From: Lingula anatina
Lineage: Eukaryota > Animalia > Brachiopoda
Length of the DNA stretch: 64,000 nucleotides
Direction of reading: 5' to 3'
Assembly: GCA_051362555.1 (NCBI GenBank)
Contig: CM120649.1
Coordinates: 930,001-994,000, forward strand
Positions 61,683 through 64,000 of the stretch are shown here, in pieces (the stretch's first letter is position 1; the number at the start of each line of letters is the position of its first letter). The notes beneath the pieces were generated by a model. That model saw only the letters and a list, made by a program, of their open reading frames with translations. It was not told the DNA's origin and made no database searches. Made by a program: the position numbers and the translations under genes.

Positions 61683-64000
61683 GATCAGTAGAGGTACAAA
61701 TACACGCTCTAATGATAACCCTGAATGGAAGACTGGTGCCTTTTAAAATATGTTGACTTCCTATCTTTGTTTTAATCGTAGTAAAAATGTGAAAAAGAAT
61801 AATGGATCTGCCCTTCTTTTTCCATATAACCAGTGTTGCATGGATTTAAACCTGCGAAACAAATATTTTGTAATATATGCATACAAAATTGACGGTGAAG
61901 TTATCTTAATAACACTCTTTCTTCTGATTTAATGAAAAGAAACAAGATTAAAACAAAAGAAGAAATGAAATTATATAATTCCGGTGGGTGTGTACAATAA
62001 CGTACACAATAACAAAGGAAAAAAAGTCAGACAAAAGAAGCTAACTCCGGCAATTACTCAATCATCTTTTCGCATTCCAATTCAAACATCCTCTCTCACA
62101 CACACACAATCATCATCTCGAACCGCAACATTTTTTCCGAGTCGACATTAAATTTTCCCACAGCGTTCGCCGACAAGCCGAACCCTCCAGCTCCCGTCAG
62201 CCGAGCGCCAGCGTGTTTTCAACGACACGGAGACAACCCGCTAATTGGCTCTGGGCGGGGAGTGATTAGGTAAAACAATGCTTAGGTACCCGTGTCATTC
62301 AACCCTATAAACCCAAGTCAAGTTAAATAAGAGAAACGTTTGGCATTCGATTCACTATCCACTCCACCGGGCCCGCCTGAGTTAATCCTAGGCCCGGTGC
62401 TATGAGTAAGGGGGAGAGTGATAAGGTATACAGGTGAAGGGGCCTCGTGTGATAAAACGGACAAAACGCGCGTCCTGCACGGTGGATTAGCGGTTAATCT
62501 GTCCAGCTAGCCGCGGCAGGTTAAGTGTCAGTGTTAATAGATTCACTGAATTAAGGAGGCGTCTTTGCATAGTTATCAAAGAGGACGGGCGCTATTACAT
62601 TCTCTATTACCTGGCGCGGGTTACTGGCAGGCAGAGAGGGAGGTAAACAAGATACAAGGTCTGAATTACAGGACAGGTGGAGAATGGAGAATTTTCCCCG
62701 CAATTATTTCACTCGTACAACTGCCAACTCTTCTAATTTTTTGGACAGTCAATGCAATTCCCTAGTGAGTTTCCATACCTATATGCATGTCAGTTGCCAA
62801 ATGGGAGAAATAATGTTGACAATCCTGTAGCCTCGACTGTGATATTGCCATTTTCTTAACTTCTATGTATTCCACAAAAATTTATAAAATTTCAGTGTTA
62901 ATTAGACCGGCAATTTTACCTCCGATTTGAGGAAATATTGACTTTTTGATACCACCGCCGATCGCCTCCATTCACGCACGGTGATGGCGGCTTTGGGCCT
63001 GTCTCTTACTGTCTCCCGCGCGTGTTCTCTGGACAGGGGTGCCGGACGAGTGTCGCCTGTCAACACACCTTTCCGCTGTGTGACATAAATGACACGGGGA
63101 GAGGCGGGTGACAATGGAAAAACAATAGGGAGACAAGCTTAGTGCACTTGCTCGTATTTTCTGTGTTTTTGAGATGTTATTTTTCATAGTGTAGACATAG
63201 GAAGCTGCGGCAGAGAAAGGTGCTGGTAGCTTTTGACCGTCTGTCTTCTCTCTGCTCAAAGCTCCATCCTCATCTCTCTCTCTATCCCCAAATCTCTCTA
63301 AATTTCTTTTTCCCTATCCCTCACTCGTTTGTTAAGTCTTGATTCAAGAGGGCGCACGTAAAACAAGGAATATGAATTAGAGAATTAGAATAGAGATTTT
63401 TCTAAGATATCTCAGTGTAACACCACCGTTTAACGGCAACTGGGTGGACCATTCTATCCATCGTCTTGAATTCAACTGAAAAGAAAATATTGTCACTCGA
63501 CATTTTGTTCAAGGGCACACTTCTACTCCTACACGCACCGACAAACGAAAAACCAAATACTCTTTTTATTGTTTTAATTCTTTCAATTAAAGTAATTATT
63601 GAAAATTGCTTTAGTTTCCTTACTTCTGTCACAGCTTGTTTCCTTTTTCTTCTGTATTGTGTAATGTTAACTGATCACGTTCTCTTTATTTCATTACCGA
63701 ACAAAATTTAATCTGTACAGTGTGGAATGCCTGTCTCTCCTATTTTAAAAATTGGATACTAATGTCTTTTTTTCAAACTTCAGCTTTCTTAACATTCTAG
63801 AAATTCAAATTCTCTTCTTTAATTTATTTTTCCTGTTTGGTATTTTAACGAACATTTCAAAATCATTTCCAAGTCTACATTTTACTGCTATTTTTGCTTT
63901 TCTTATTTTGATTACGAAATAAATAGAAATAAGGAGAGAAAAAAAAAAAACAGGCATTCAGTCGATGAATTATAAAGCACCAATTGCTACCACCAAAGTT

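Noticed and set aside
50200-64000. Other short ORFs in the right-hand 14 kb
   Set aside because: No domain motifs, no consistent exon phases, many non-ATG starts; no tRNA or rRNA structure recognised.

Overview
AT-rich, intron-containing eukaryotic DNA from an invertebrate animal (a marine lophotrochozoan or deuterostome is plausible; the species cannot be fixed from sequence alone). From left to right: (1) 1-17.85 kb, a tandem array of four ~4-5.5 kb units, each carrying a TRIM gene with an intronless CDS (RING-Bbox1-Bbox2-coiled coil-NHL propeller). Three copies are complete; the fourth has lost its promoter region and RING and has a new ATG. The paralogues are recombination mosaics, and their amino-acid differences cluster on one face of the NHL propeller. 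(2) 18.8-19.4 kb (-), a sarcoplasmic-calcium-binding-protein/aequorin-family EF-hand gene interrupted by one in-frame TAA. (3) 20.6-25.7 kb, nested DNA-transposon remnants (long-TIR Academ-like element containing a Tc1 transposase relic, plus MITEs). (4) 28.5-44.7 kb (-), a complete ~25-exon ECT2/pebble RhoGEF gene with a CCAAT/CHR/ZNF143 promoter, candidate cassette exons and an in-frame duplicated splice donor. (5) 45-50 kb, more mobile elements, including a young 615-bp element with perfect 77-bp TIRs, an 8-bp TSD and a RecQ-helicase fragment. (6) 50-64 kb, no credible coding exon: a probable non-coding first exon and intron of a + strand gene, homeodomain-site-rich patches and microsatellites. 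All coordinates and translations were read by eye; no database search was run.
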